DNA of 64,000 nucleotides from Gemmatimonadota bacterium (GTDB lineage: Bacteria; Gemmatimonadota; Gemmatimonadetes; Gemmatimonadales; GWC2-71-9), in NCBI GenBank assembly GCA_039591075.1, contig JBDHEI010000003.1, positions 26,716 to 90,715 of the forward strand, written 5' to 3'. Below are positions 55,231-63,380 of the stretch, piece by piece. The position numbers were made by a program, and so were the translations under genes. The notes beneath the pieces are model-generated. The model was not told the DNA's origin. It did no database searches and saw only the letters and a list, made by a program, of their open reading frames with translations. Numbering within the stretch: the stretch's first letter is position 1; each line of letters starts with the position of its first letter.

Positions 55231-55365
55231 GTGGACTTGTACAGGGTCCCGAACGGCGGCCGAGTCGGATTCCTGGTACCAGTCGTCACGGTGGCGACGA
55301 ACCACGCGCGGGCGGGTCCACGATCCCCGTGCACATCCTTCTGTGGGTCGACCTGCCAGGGTTAA
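55231..55365 (+). CDS. speculative 44-codon ORF with Cys/Ser/Thr-rich C-terminus (possible precursor peptide)
   Basis: From the GTG start it reads VDLYRVPNGGRVGFLVPVVTVATNHARAGPRSPCTSFCGSTCQG. The TAA stop is 10 nt before the rSAM-2 ATG, on the same strand. This frame has the highest third-position GC of the three plus frames by my hand count. The RBS is weak and chance ORFs are common in high-GC DNA. Confidence 0.2.
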   Translation: MDLYRVPNGGRVGFLVPVVTVATNHARAGPRSPCTSFCGSTCQG

Positions 55366-55375
55366 GTTGGGATTC

Positions 55376-56755
55376 ATGACGGATTTGCTGCTCACCCACG
55401 GGTACTTCCTGCTCGAGGATGAAAAGGAGCAGGAGATCATGAAGCCGTACCCACCACTCGGCCTCCTGTATGTCTCGGCCTACTTGAGGCGCGCCGGGTT
55501 CGACGTCGAGGTCTTCGATAGCACGTTCGCCACGCCCACAGACCTCGCGAACCGGCTGGAGTTTGGCAGCGGCGTCCTGGGGGTCTACACCAATCTGGTG
55601 ACGCGCTCAGCGGTTCTGCGGATCGTCGCGAAGGCGAAGGCATGCGGCTGGGTTGTCGTGCTGGGTGGACCCGAGTCGGCCAACTATCCCGGGGAGTACC
55701 TCAAGCGAGGTGCCGACGCAGTCGTGGCCGGCGAAGGAGAGTTGACGATGGCCGAGCTCCTCCCGGCGCTTGCCCGGAGGGGGGCACACCGACTACACGA
55801 CATTCGCGGTGTGGCGTTCCTGGACGAGACTGGGCAACTCGTGGTCAGCGAGCCCCGCCCCCAGATCGCCGACCTGGACGAGCTGCCATGGCCCGACCGG
55901 GATCGCATCGACATTTCACGGTACGTCCAGGTTTGGCGCGAGCACCACGGCCAAGGGAGCGTCAACCTGATCACAGCCCGGGGATGTCCCTACAAGTGCC
56001 GGTGGTGCTCTCACGCCGTGTTCGGCTTCACGCATCGTCGCCGCAGCCATATTGACTGCGCTGACGAGCTCCAGCAGGTCGTCGACGCGTACGCGCCCGA
56101 CCAGGTTTGGTACGCGGACGACGTGTTCACTATTCACCATCGGTGGCTCTTCCAGTACGCGAGCGAGCTGCGCCGGCGAAACCTCCGCGTTCCCTTCGAA
56201 ACGATCTCCCGCGCCGACCGCATGATGAAAGAGGAAGTGCTCGCGACGCTCGCTGACATGGGATGCTGGAGGATCTGGATCGGGTCCGAGAGCGGCAGCC
56301 AACGGCTCCTCGACGGGATGGAGCGTGGCGTGACGGTGGAACAGGTTCAGTGGGCAGCGCGAGCGGCGAAACGGCATGGTATCCAGGTCGGGATGTTCCT
56401 GATGTGGGGCTACGAAGGGGAGACGTTCGAGGATATCGAAGCCACCGTCGAGCACGTAATGCAGGCGGCCCCGGATGTGTTCTTTACGACCGTGGCCTAT
56501 CCGATCAAGAACACAGCCTACTATGCTGACGTGGAGGACCGCGTATCGCTGCCGGCTGACTGGGCCGACGTGACGGATCGCGACTACGCTATCGCGGGCC
56601 GTCGCCCGCGTGCATACTACGGGCTCGCCGACCGATGGCTATCGAGTGCCGTTGAGGCTGCGAGAGCCAAGACCGGTGACCCGGCACGAGCGCTGGCGGC
56701 CTCGGAGGACGCAGCACGGGCACGCCAGGCCCTCCTGACGTGGCCCACCTCGTGA
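55376..56755 (+). CDS. B12-binding domain radical SAM protein (rSAM-2)
   Basis: VVLGGPESANYPGEYLKRGADAVVAGEGELTMAELL (GGxxxT...GEGE pattern of B12-rSAMs), then GCPYKCRWC. The N-terminus MTDLLLTHGYFLLEDEKEQEIMKPYPPLGLLY parallels rSAM-1 ILLAHSYYLRYDEKQVQKMRPYAPLATL. Confidence 0.85.
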   Translation: MTDLLLTHGYFLLEDEKEQEIMKPYPPLGLLYVSAYLRRAGFDVEVFDSTFATPTDLANRLEFGSGVLGVYTNLVTRSAVLRIVAKAKACGWVVVLGGPESANYPGEYLKRGADAVVAGEGELTMAELLPALARRGAHRLHDIRGVAFLDETGQLVVSEPRPQIADLDELPWPDRDRIDISRYVQVWREHHGQGSVNLITARGCPYKCRWCSHAVFGFTHRRRSHIDCADELQQVVDAYAPDQVWYADDVFTIHHRWLFQYASELRRRNLRVPFETISRADRMMKEEVLATLADMGCWRIWIGSESGSQRLLDGMERGVTVEQVQWAARAAKRHGIQVGMFLMWGYEGETFEDIEATVEHVMQAAPDVFFTTVAYPIKNTAYYADVEDRVSLPADWADVTDRDYAIAGRRPRAYYGLADRWLSSAVEAARAKTGDPARALAASEDAARARQALLTWPTS

Positions 56756-57573
56756 CCGACCACCTACCCGATGACCCCTTTGACCTTCTCGCCGCCGAAT
56801 ACGATCGGCAGTTCACCCATACCGAACTCGGCCGGCTCTACCGGGGCGCCGTATGGCGCTGGCTCGACCGCGCGTTCCACCGTGGCGACCGTGTGCTCGA
56901 GCTGAATTGCGGTACCGGCGAGGATGCGGTGCACCTCGCTCGGAGAGGCGTGCTGGTGCACGCCACGGATCGTTCTCAGGCAATGCTCGACGAGTCCCGG
57001 CGCAAGATTGCCGAGGCTGGACTCGGACGGCTCGTGACGTGGGAGCGGGTCTCGCTCACGGCTGACGCCGACCCTCGGATTCCGGCTCTCGACCGCTACA
57101 TGCCTGAAGCCGTCTTCGACGGGGCGGTGTCGAGTTTTGGGGGGCTGAACCTCGTCGCCGATGTGGAACCGGTTGCGACGGGGCTTGCCCGGCTCCTGCG
57201 GCCAGGCGCGCGGGTCGTGGTGTCGGCCATGGGCCGGTTGGTGCCGTGGGAATGGGGGTGGTACTTGGCTCAGCTGCGCCCCCGCGAAGGATTCCGCCGC
57301 TTGCGCTCCGACGGGGTGACGTGGCGGGGCTGCCGCGTGTTCTATCCGTCCGTCGCGGCGGTACGCAGGGCCTTCGCGTCGGAGTTCGAGTGTCGTGGCG
57401 TCGGCGCGATCGGCGTATTATTGCCGCCACCCTATGCAAATGCATGGGCCGCACGTCACCCAGCGCTTATGACTCGCCTGGACGCCCTCGAGCGGCGGTG
57501 CGAGCGTTGGTGGCCGCTTTCCCGGTTGGCGGATCACTACATCATCGAGTTCGAGCGGCGTGGGAGTGACTGA
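56740..57573 (+). CDS. class I SAM-dependent methyltransferase (MT-1)
   Basis: Motif I VLELNCGTGEDAVHLARRG, and post-I acidic residue ATD. The start is GTG 56740 or GTG 56752 (the latter overlaps the rSAM-2 stop as GTGA). Confidence 0.75.
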   Translation: MAHLVTDHLPDDPFDLLAAEYDRQFTHTELGRLYRGAVWRWLDRAFHRGDRVLELNCGTGEDAVHLARRGVLVHATDRSQAMLDESRRKIAEAGLGRLVTWERVSLTADADPRIPALDRYMPEAVFDGAVSSFGGLNLVADVEPVATGLARLLRPGARVVVSAMGRLVPWEWGWYLAQLRPREGFRRLRSDGVTWRGCRVFYPSVAAVRRAFASEFECRGVGAIGVLLPPPYANAWAARHPALMTRLDALERRCERWWPLSRLADHYIIEFERRGSD

Positions 57574-59086
57574 CGCCCGGGGGTGGGCGACCGTGCGTTC
57601 GATCCTCATGATGGCGCTCGCCGGCGCGCTGGTGCGCTGGGTGTTTGGGCTCGCCGAAATGCCGTGGGTGGACGCTCCTGACCAGCTGGCGTGGGAGCTT
57701 CTGCTCGACGAGGCGCGTGACGGACCGCTGCGCTTCGATCAACTCGTCCATTATCCGCACGAGGGCGCAAGCGCCCTGGTGGGCCTGCTGGCCTGGCTCC
57801 TGCCATCGCGCGTGGCCGGCCTTCCGGCGCTTTCTGCGGCCGCGCTGATCGTCGATACAGGCAGCCGAGCCGTACAAATCGCGGTCGTTCACCGGGTGTT
57901 CGGTTCCACCGTCGGGAAATGGTTCGGCTGGTGGACGGTCGTGACGGTGCCAGGACTGCTGCCCTGGGGGACTGCCGGCTTCGGGTTGCACGGACTCGCG
58001 GCGTTTTGGCCATTCGTACTCATGGTCCTGGCGGCGCGGCGGGTGGGCGTGCAGCCGGTGCCAGTCGGACTGGTGCTCGGACTGGCTGTCGCGTGGGCCC
58101 TGGACTCGCTCGTCGTGCTCGCTGCGGCGGTGACGTTCGTATTCACCTCGGGGCGGCAGGGTGGGCGGCTCCGTGCCACGGCGCTCGTCGTCGTCGCAGC
58201 CTTGGCAGTCCTGGTGCCCTGGTGGCTCCTGTGGACGCAGCTCGACGTGGGGTTTCAGTTGGAGAAGCTCGGACCGCTTTCGGTGCGGGGGATGTCCCCG
58301 AGTGTGGTCAACCTGCTGTGGGCCCCCGTACGGTTCCTCGCGGTGCCGATTGTGGTGATCCCCGGGGCGACGTGGCTGCCGACGGTGGGTGGGCCGGTGG
58401 GCACGTATGCACTCCGACTGGTCTGGACTGCGGCGTGTGTGATGGGCACGAGTCTGGTGGTCAGCCGGCGGGCGGAGCCGGCCGCAACGGTCGGCCTCTT
58501 GGTTCTCCTGTGGTTCTTCGTGGCCTATGCGGCGTCACCATTCTACGTGGCGTCCCCGCTGGGAGGAGACTATGTGGCCTACCGGCATCTGGCGTTTGTC
58601 CTGCCACTCTTGGTTGCGCTCGCTTGGCGAGGAGTCGCGGACACCGCCCGGTGGCGGCGATGGTTCGCCGTAACCTTGCTGGGGTTAGGTGTGCTGGGAG
58701 CACTAGGTCAGGTGGGGCAGCCGCAGGGAGCGCCGACGGTTCCGCCGGTGCGAGCCGCTGGCTGGGTCCTGGGGCGGAAGCTGGGTCATGATGTGCCGCG
58801 GCTATCGCGGCTCGCGGCGCGCATGCCGGACGATGATCGTGCCGAGCTCGAGCGCGGATTTGGATGGGGGCTCACGGCGACCGTCCTTGGACGAGGCTCA
58901 ACAAGGGGAGAGGAGGGTCTCCTCGAACTGGTCGAGCTCTTAAATGCGTTCCCGGCGGCGGTGCGGCCCGGCTTGATACGAGGTGTGGTAGATGCCTTCG
59001 ATCCTCGCGCGACGCCCCGTCTCGAGCCCGCTCTCCAGGCCGCGCTCCTGGCTCGGCTGGGGTCGGAAACCGACCCTGTCCGCTAG
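57560..59086 (+). CDS. large polytopic membrane protein (about 10+ TM; GT-C/ArnT-like topology suspected) with soluble C-terminal helical domain
   Basis: Many hydrophobic spans. An acidic first loop (WVDAPDQLAWELLLDEARDG) follows TM1. The last roughly 110 aa are hydrophilic and helical. It overlaps the MT-1 stop. No family recognised with certainty. Confidence 0.6.
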   Translation: MGVTDARGWATVRSILMMALAGALVRWVFGLAEMPWVDAPDQLAWELLLDEARDGPLRFDQLVHYPHEGASALVGLLAWLLPSRVAGLPALSAAALIVDTGSRAVQIAVVHRVFGSTVGKWFGWWTVVTVPGLLPWGTAGFGLHGLAAFWPFVLMVLAARRVGVQPVPVGLVLGLAVAWALDSLVVLAAAVTFVFTSGRQGGRLRATALVVVAALAVLVPWWLLWTQLDVGFQLEKLGPLSVRGMSPSVVNLLWAPVRFLAVPIVVIPGATWLPTVGGPVGTYALRLVWTAACVMGTSLVVSRRAEPAATVGLLVLLWFFVAYAASPFYVASPLGGDYVAYRHLAFVLPLLVALAWRGVADTARWRRWFAVTLLGLGVLGALGQVGQPQGAPTVPPVRAAGWVLGRKLGHDVPRLSRLAARMPDDDRAELERGFGWGLTATVLGRGSTRGEEGLLELVELLNAFPAAVRPGLIRGVVDAFDPRATPRLEPALQAALLARLGSETDPVR

Positions 59087-59892
59087 CCTGCGAGTCCGGG
59101 GACGGAGGTCGACCACACGTCGAAACGTGACGGGGGACGCATCCCCCGGAGCCGTGCCCAAAGGGGACGCAACTCGTACTGCCACGGGTACCGGACACGA
59201 TGGCGTCGCCACCGCAGGCCCAGCGCGTCCGATGCTTTCCCCAGCCGCTCCGGTGTGAGGAATTCCACGAACGGGAACCGCATCAGCTCCTCGGCCAGCG
59301 GCCCGAACGTCACGGGAGCGGCCTTTCGTTTTTCCTCCACCATCGCGACCCCCCACACCTCCCTAGCGTAGAACGGGGAGTCCACGATCAGGAGTGTTCC
59401 GCCCGGTCGCGCGACCCGACACGCCTCCCGGAGCGTTGCCTCGAGGTCGAGGGCGTAGTGGATCGATGCATTGAACACTACGAGATCGAACCCTGCGCTG
59501 GTGAGAGGGAGGGTCTCGAAGGTGCCGGCGATCCGTGGGAACATGGCAGGCAGGTGCGCAGCGTAAGCTGCCGCAGCGCCGAGCCCGTCCACCGTATCGG
59601 TCCGAATGTCGAGAGCGATAGGGCGATGACCCTCGAGTGCGCTGCGGTAACACAACCAGCCGTTGCCGGCTCCCAGGTCGAGTATCCGTAGGGGGTGGCT
59701 GGCGCCGCTGCGTGAGAGCCAGTGGCGTGCCACATACGCGAAGGAGCGTGCCCGAATTCGCCACTCGTCAGCTCGGGGACCGGTCCGCAGGAACGGGAGT
59801 GCGAGCAACTCCTGTACACCGCCCGCGCCGCGACCCTCTCGTGCACGCTGGGTACCGTACGCCAGGCGGAAACGCCTCAGGCTCCCGGTCAC
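59083..59892 (-). CDS. class I SAM-dependent methyltransferase (MT-2)
   Basis: Motif I ILDLGAGNGWLCYRSALEGH, post-I LDI, motif II/III DLVVFNASIHY...ARPGGTLLIV. GTG start. Confidence 0.75.
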   Translation of the reverse strand: MTGSLRRFRLAYGTQRAREGRGAGGVQELLALPFLRTGPRADEWRIRARSFAYVARHWLSRSGASHPLRILDLGAGNGWLCYRSALEGHRPIALDIRTDTVDGLGAAAAYAAHLPAMFPRIAGTFETLPLTSAGFDLVVFNASIHYALDLEATLREACRVARPGGTLLIVDSPFYAREVWGVAMVEEKRKAAPVTFGPLAEELMRFPFVEFLTPERLGKASDALGLRWRRHRVRYPWQYELRPLWARLRGMRPPSRFDVWSTSVPGLAG

Positions 59893-59925
59893 GGGACGCG
59901 CGGCAGGACCACAGTCTGGTGGAGG

Positions 59926-61479
59926 TCAAATGCTCTCACGTTGCGGCTCCCGAAGCGGGATCAGGCGGCGGGCGAACTCCAGTTCACGGGGGCGGTCGTA
60001 TCGGGCGGTCGCGTAGCGCCACGACGCCAGGTGCTGGAGGATCCACTTCCCCCAGCGTGGTGTCGACCAATCCTGAACCGTGGGGAAGCGACAGGAGAGC
60101 ACCCTTGCGAAGTCTTGGACGCGTTCGCGCAGCGCCGGGGTGAGCCACGGGGCGTCTTGGTGGCAGACGTACCGTACCCAGCGGGGGTCGGCCCACCCCT
60201 CGGGGGTGGTCGGAAGGAGTGGCCCGCCGGGGCCGTACTGCTCCAGGATCGGGATTCGTGCTCCCGAATCGTCCAATCGGCTCTGTTCCCCGCTGAGCTG
60301 AGGTGTGGGGCTGTAGAAATAGAGGATCACTTCGCATGCGGGGTGAATCCGCTTGAGTTGTTTGATGAAGCGGAACGTGTGCTCGATTTCCCCCTCCGGG
60401 TCCTCCGGTCCGCCGACTACGAAGGAGAATTCCGGGATGATGCCGAAGGCCCGACAGCGCTCAGCGACCTCCAGCGTGTGCTCGACCCGCGAGCCCTTCC
60501 GCATGGCACGCAACATTTCGTCGCTGGCCGCTTCGGCCCCGATGTACGCCATGCGAAGCTGGCTCGTGCGGAGCAGTTCCCATGTTGCTGTTGAGAACCC
60601 CGCCAAGGTGTCCGCACGGGCATAGCACCACCACGGAAGGCGGTGCCGTGCCAGCACCTCGAGGATCGGTATGCTCGTGACCTCCCGGTCGAAGAAGTTG
60701 TGATCGTAGTATTGGACGGCATCCGCACGATACCGAGTGGAGAGGAGCTTCAGCACGTGATCGAGGCGCTCCGGGCCCTGGAGGTGGGTCTTACCGCCGA
60801 ACATGGAAACCACGCCACAGAACTCGCAGCGAAAGCGACAGCCGATGGCAGCCTGATGGACGGCCGTGCGCCGGCCGAGGAAACTCGGCCGGAAGTAGGT
60901 GTCGACGTCCTCGAGCGCGTCATAGGAGTAGACGGGGTACGTGTCGGGTGGACGAAACGCCCGGGCGGGGTTGTGGACGATCTCGCTGTCGCGCTTCCAG
61001 GTGAGTCCGGTGATCGCGATGGCGGCTGTCTCCCGAGTCGAGTCGCTCCGGCGGCCGACGTCGGATGGCGCGATGTCCGGGTGGGCCTCCAGCAGCCGGT
61101 GCAGCGTGTCCTCGCCCTGGCCGCGCACGACGTAGTCGACATATGGTGCGTTGATCGCCGAGTCGGGGTACAGCGTCGGGAAATAGCCTCCCCAGGCAAT
61201 CGGCACATCCGGGCGCGCGCGGCGCACGGCGGTCGCGATCGCGATGGCAGGAGCCACCTGGGGGCCCGGCATCACGGTGATACCCACCAACGCATGCCGG
61301 ACGCCGGTGAGCAACTGGAGCACGGTCTTGTCGGGGTGGGGATCGACGTTCCCGTCCACGATGCGGTATTCATACCGTCCTTCCAACACCGCGCCGAGCG
61401 CCAGCAGCGAGAGCGGCAGTCGCACACCCCGGGGCTTTGCCATGGAGGGATTCACGAGCAGCACCAATGGCCGGGTCAT
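59926..61479 (-). CDS. B12-binding domain radical SAM protein (rSAM-3)
   Basis: IAWGGYFPTLYPDSAINAPYVDYVVRGQGEDTLHRLL (B12-rSAM N-domain pattern), then GCRFRCEFC. Its ATG overlaps the upstream stop (ATGA). Confidence 0.85.
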   Translation of the reverse strand: MTRPLVLLVNPSMAKPRGVRLPLSLLALGAVLEGRYEYRIVDGNVDPHPDKTVLQLLTGVRHALVGITVMPGPQVAPAIAIATAVRRARPDVPIAWGGYFPTLYPDSAINAPYVDYVVRGQGEDTLHRLLEAHPDIAPSDVGRRSDSTRETAAIAITGLTWKRDSEIVHNPARAFRPPDTYPVYSYDALEDVDTYFRPSFLGRRTAVHQAAIGCRFRCEFCGVVSMFGGKTHLQGPERLDHVLKLLSTRYRADAVQYYDHNFFDREVTSIPILEVLARHRLPWWCYARADTLAGFSTATWELLRTSQLRMAYIGAEAASDEMLRAMRKGSRVEHTLEVAERCRAFGIIPEFSFVVGGPEDPEGEIEHTFRFIKQLKRIHPACEVILYFYSPTPQLSGEQSRLDDSGARIPILEQYGPGGPLLPTTPEGWADPRWVRYVCHQDAPWLTPALRERVQDFARVLSCRFPTVQDWSTPRWGKWILQHLASWRYATARYDRPRELEFARRLIPLREPQRESI

Positions 61480-62162
61480 GCGGACGCCGCCGGCACCGCA
61501 CGGTACGCCGTCATCACTTCGTTCCCGAAATCCCGGTGATGCGCTGGTGTCACGATGAACCCTGCGGCCGCGAGGCTGGTTAGCAACGTGGGCTCATCGC
61601 CATCGCTCGAGAATACCACGAGGGCTTCGCCACCTGGTGCTAACACGTCTCCCAACCCCGCGGCGAACCGGTGCAACACGTCGGGGCTCCTCCAATGTCG
61701 TTCGCGCGGATCACGAGGAATTCCTCGAAAAAACGGCGGGTTGAAGGTCACAACGTCGAACCGCTCGCCCATGACGGGTCCCCACAGGTCCCCTTGACGG
61801 ACGGCAATGCGATCCTCGACGCCGTTGAGCAGCGCGTTGACTCGTGCGCATCGCACGGCCACCGGGTCGGTATCCACCGCGACGACCCGCCAGCCGAGCC
61901 GAGCGAGGAACACAGCTCCCACGCCGCTCCCCGTGCCCAGGTCGAGCGCTCCTGTCCGCGCCGCGTCGCGTTCACGGGACGCAATGCAGAGATCGATTGC
62001 ATCTGCCAGGAAGCGGCCGCTGCGAAAGACCACTGGGTTGTGCACGCCGGGTAGCACGAGGAGGGGCACGTCCTTCACCGTCTCGAGCACGGCGTGGCGA
62101 AGACGGCGTCGAAGCCACGGACGTCGCAGACGCTGGCCCAGCCGGACCAATGCTCGTCGCAC
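61476..62162 (-). CDS. SAM-dependent methyltransferase with NPPF motif (PrmC/HemK-like amino-methyltransferase fold; MT-3)
   Basis: Motif I ALDLGTGSGVGAVFLARLG, post-I VDTD, catalytic-type DVVTFNPPFF. GTG start. Confidence 0.75.
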   Translation of the reverse strand: MRRALVRLGQRLRRPWLRRRLRHAVLETVKDVPLLVLPGVHNPVVFRSGRFLADAIDLCIASRERDAARTGALDLGTGSGVGAVFLARLGWRVVAVDTDPVAVRCARVNALLNGVEDRIAVRQGDLWGPVMGERFDVVTFNPPFFRGIPRDPRERHWRSPDVLHRFAAGLGDVLAPGGEALVVFSSDGDEPTLLTSLAAAGFIVTPAHHRDFGNEVMTAYRAVPAASA

Positions 62163-62285
62163 CAGCTTACCGACTCACCTGTCGAGCGGCGCGCGGTGCT
62201 CGCCGGTTTTGTGGGGTTGGGATATCATTGCAGGGGAAGGGCCGCCCGGGCTGAAGTTCGTGTGCGCGATCCGCTTCGAGGACTG

Positions 62286-63365
62286 ATGACTGAATTGATT
62301 CCGCGCCCGGCACCGAGTCAACCCCGCACCGCGCCAGGGCCGCTCCGGCCGCGAGTCGACCCCATCACCTCACTGCCGATCGTGATCTTGTATCCCCACA
62401 ACCGCTGCAACTGCCGCTGCGTGATGTGTGATATCTGGGAACTTCGCACCACGGAGGAGCTCACCATCGAGGAAATCGAAACGTGGATGCCGGAGTGGCA
62501 GGCGGTTGGCGTGGAGCGTGTGGTGCTGAGCGGAGGCGAGCCGCTCATGTATTCGGCGTTTGATGCTCTTGGCGAGCTGTTCCTGACGGCCGGGATCGGC
62601 GTGTCGCTGATCAGCACTGGTCTGCTCCTCGAGCGGCGGGCAGAGGCGGTCGGGAAATACTGCGACGATGTCATCGTGAGCTTGGACGGCCCACCCGAAG
62701 TGCACGACCGCATTCGCCGAGTTCCTCGAGCGTACGAGCGTCTGGCACGGGGCGTTGCGGCGGTCCGTGCTGTGGCCCCGGGGATCTGCATTTCCGCCCG
62801 CTGCACGGTACTACGCGAAAATGCCGGAACACTCACGAAGACGGTCGACGCGGCCAAGCGTCTCGGGCTCGAGCGGCTGAGCTTTCTCGCGGCCGATGTC
62901 AGCAGTGAGGCTTTCAATCGGCCGGGCGGTTGGGCGCCGGACCGGGCCGCGGTAGTGGCCCTCGATGGGGCGGGACTGCATGCACTCAGAGGGGAGCTGG
63001 ATGCGCTGGCCCGCGACTATGCCGACGATTTCGCCTCCGGTGTCATCGCCGAGAGCATCGAGAAGCTGGAACGCCGCCTGTACCACTACTTCGCGGCGAT
63101 CCTGGGGAAGGGAGCGTTCCCCTCCATCGAATGCAATGCGCCGTGGGTGTCCGCTGTGGTCGAATCCGACGGAACCGTGCGGCCATGTTTCTTTCATGCT
63201 TCAATGGGGAGTGCGCGGGAGGCCGGGGGGTTCGAGGTGGTGCTCAACTCGGACGAAGCCGTTGCATGGCGCCGCGGGCTCGACATGAGTCGCAACGAGA
63301 TCTGCCGACGCTGCGTCTGCTCGCTTGCGCTGCGGCGAGGGGCCGAGCCTGCCAGAGCGGTGTGA
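62286..63365 (+). CDS. radical SAM protein with C-terminal SPASM/twitch-like Cys cluster (rSAM-4)
   Basis: CNCRCVMC contains CxxxCxxC, and SGGEPL is the glycine-rich SAM motif. C-terminal cysteines are CNAPW...DGTVRPCFF...CRRCVCS. An upstream in-frame GTG at 62196 is an alternative start. Confidence 0.8.
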   Translation: MTELIPRPAPSQPRTAPGPLRPRVDPITSLPIVILYPHNRCNCRCVMCDIWELRTTEELTIEEIETWMPEWQAVGVERVVLSGGEPLMYSAFDALGELFLTAGIGVSLISTGLLLERRAEAVGKYCDDVIVSLDGPPEVHDRIRRVPRAYERLARGVAAVRAVAPGICISARCTVLRENAGTLTKTVDAAKRLGLERLSFLAADVSSEAFNRPGGWAPDRAAVVALDGAGLHALRGELDALARDYADDFASGVIAESIEKLERRLYHYFAAILGKGAFPSIECNAPWVSAVVESDGTVRPCFFHASMGSAREAGGFEVVLNSDEAVAWRRGLDMSRNEICRRCVCSLALRRGAEPARAV

Positions 63366-63380
63366 AGGTCGGGCCGCGCG

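Noticed and set aside
55221-55361. Minus-strand small ORF in the rSAM-1/rSAM-2 spacer (from GTG: VHGDRGPARAWFVATVTTGTRNPTRPPFGTLYKSTARP).
   Set aside because: It has no Cys-rich or otherwise core-like region and is not positioned as a leader ORF for rSAM-1 (a stop lies at 55218-55220, well before the start). Its existence is nevertheless a reminder that the plus-strand 44-codon ORF could also be a chance ORF.
62163-62285. Search for a precursor-peptide ORF in the divergent spacer between MT-3 and rSAM-4.
   Set aside because: The only candidates are a 17-codon minus-strand ORF (MISQPHKTGEHRAPLDR) and an in-frame N-terminal extension of rSAM-4. Neither looks like a precursor.
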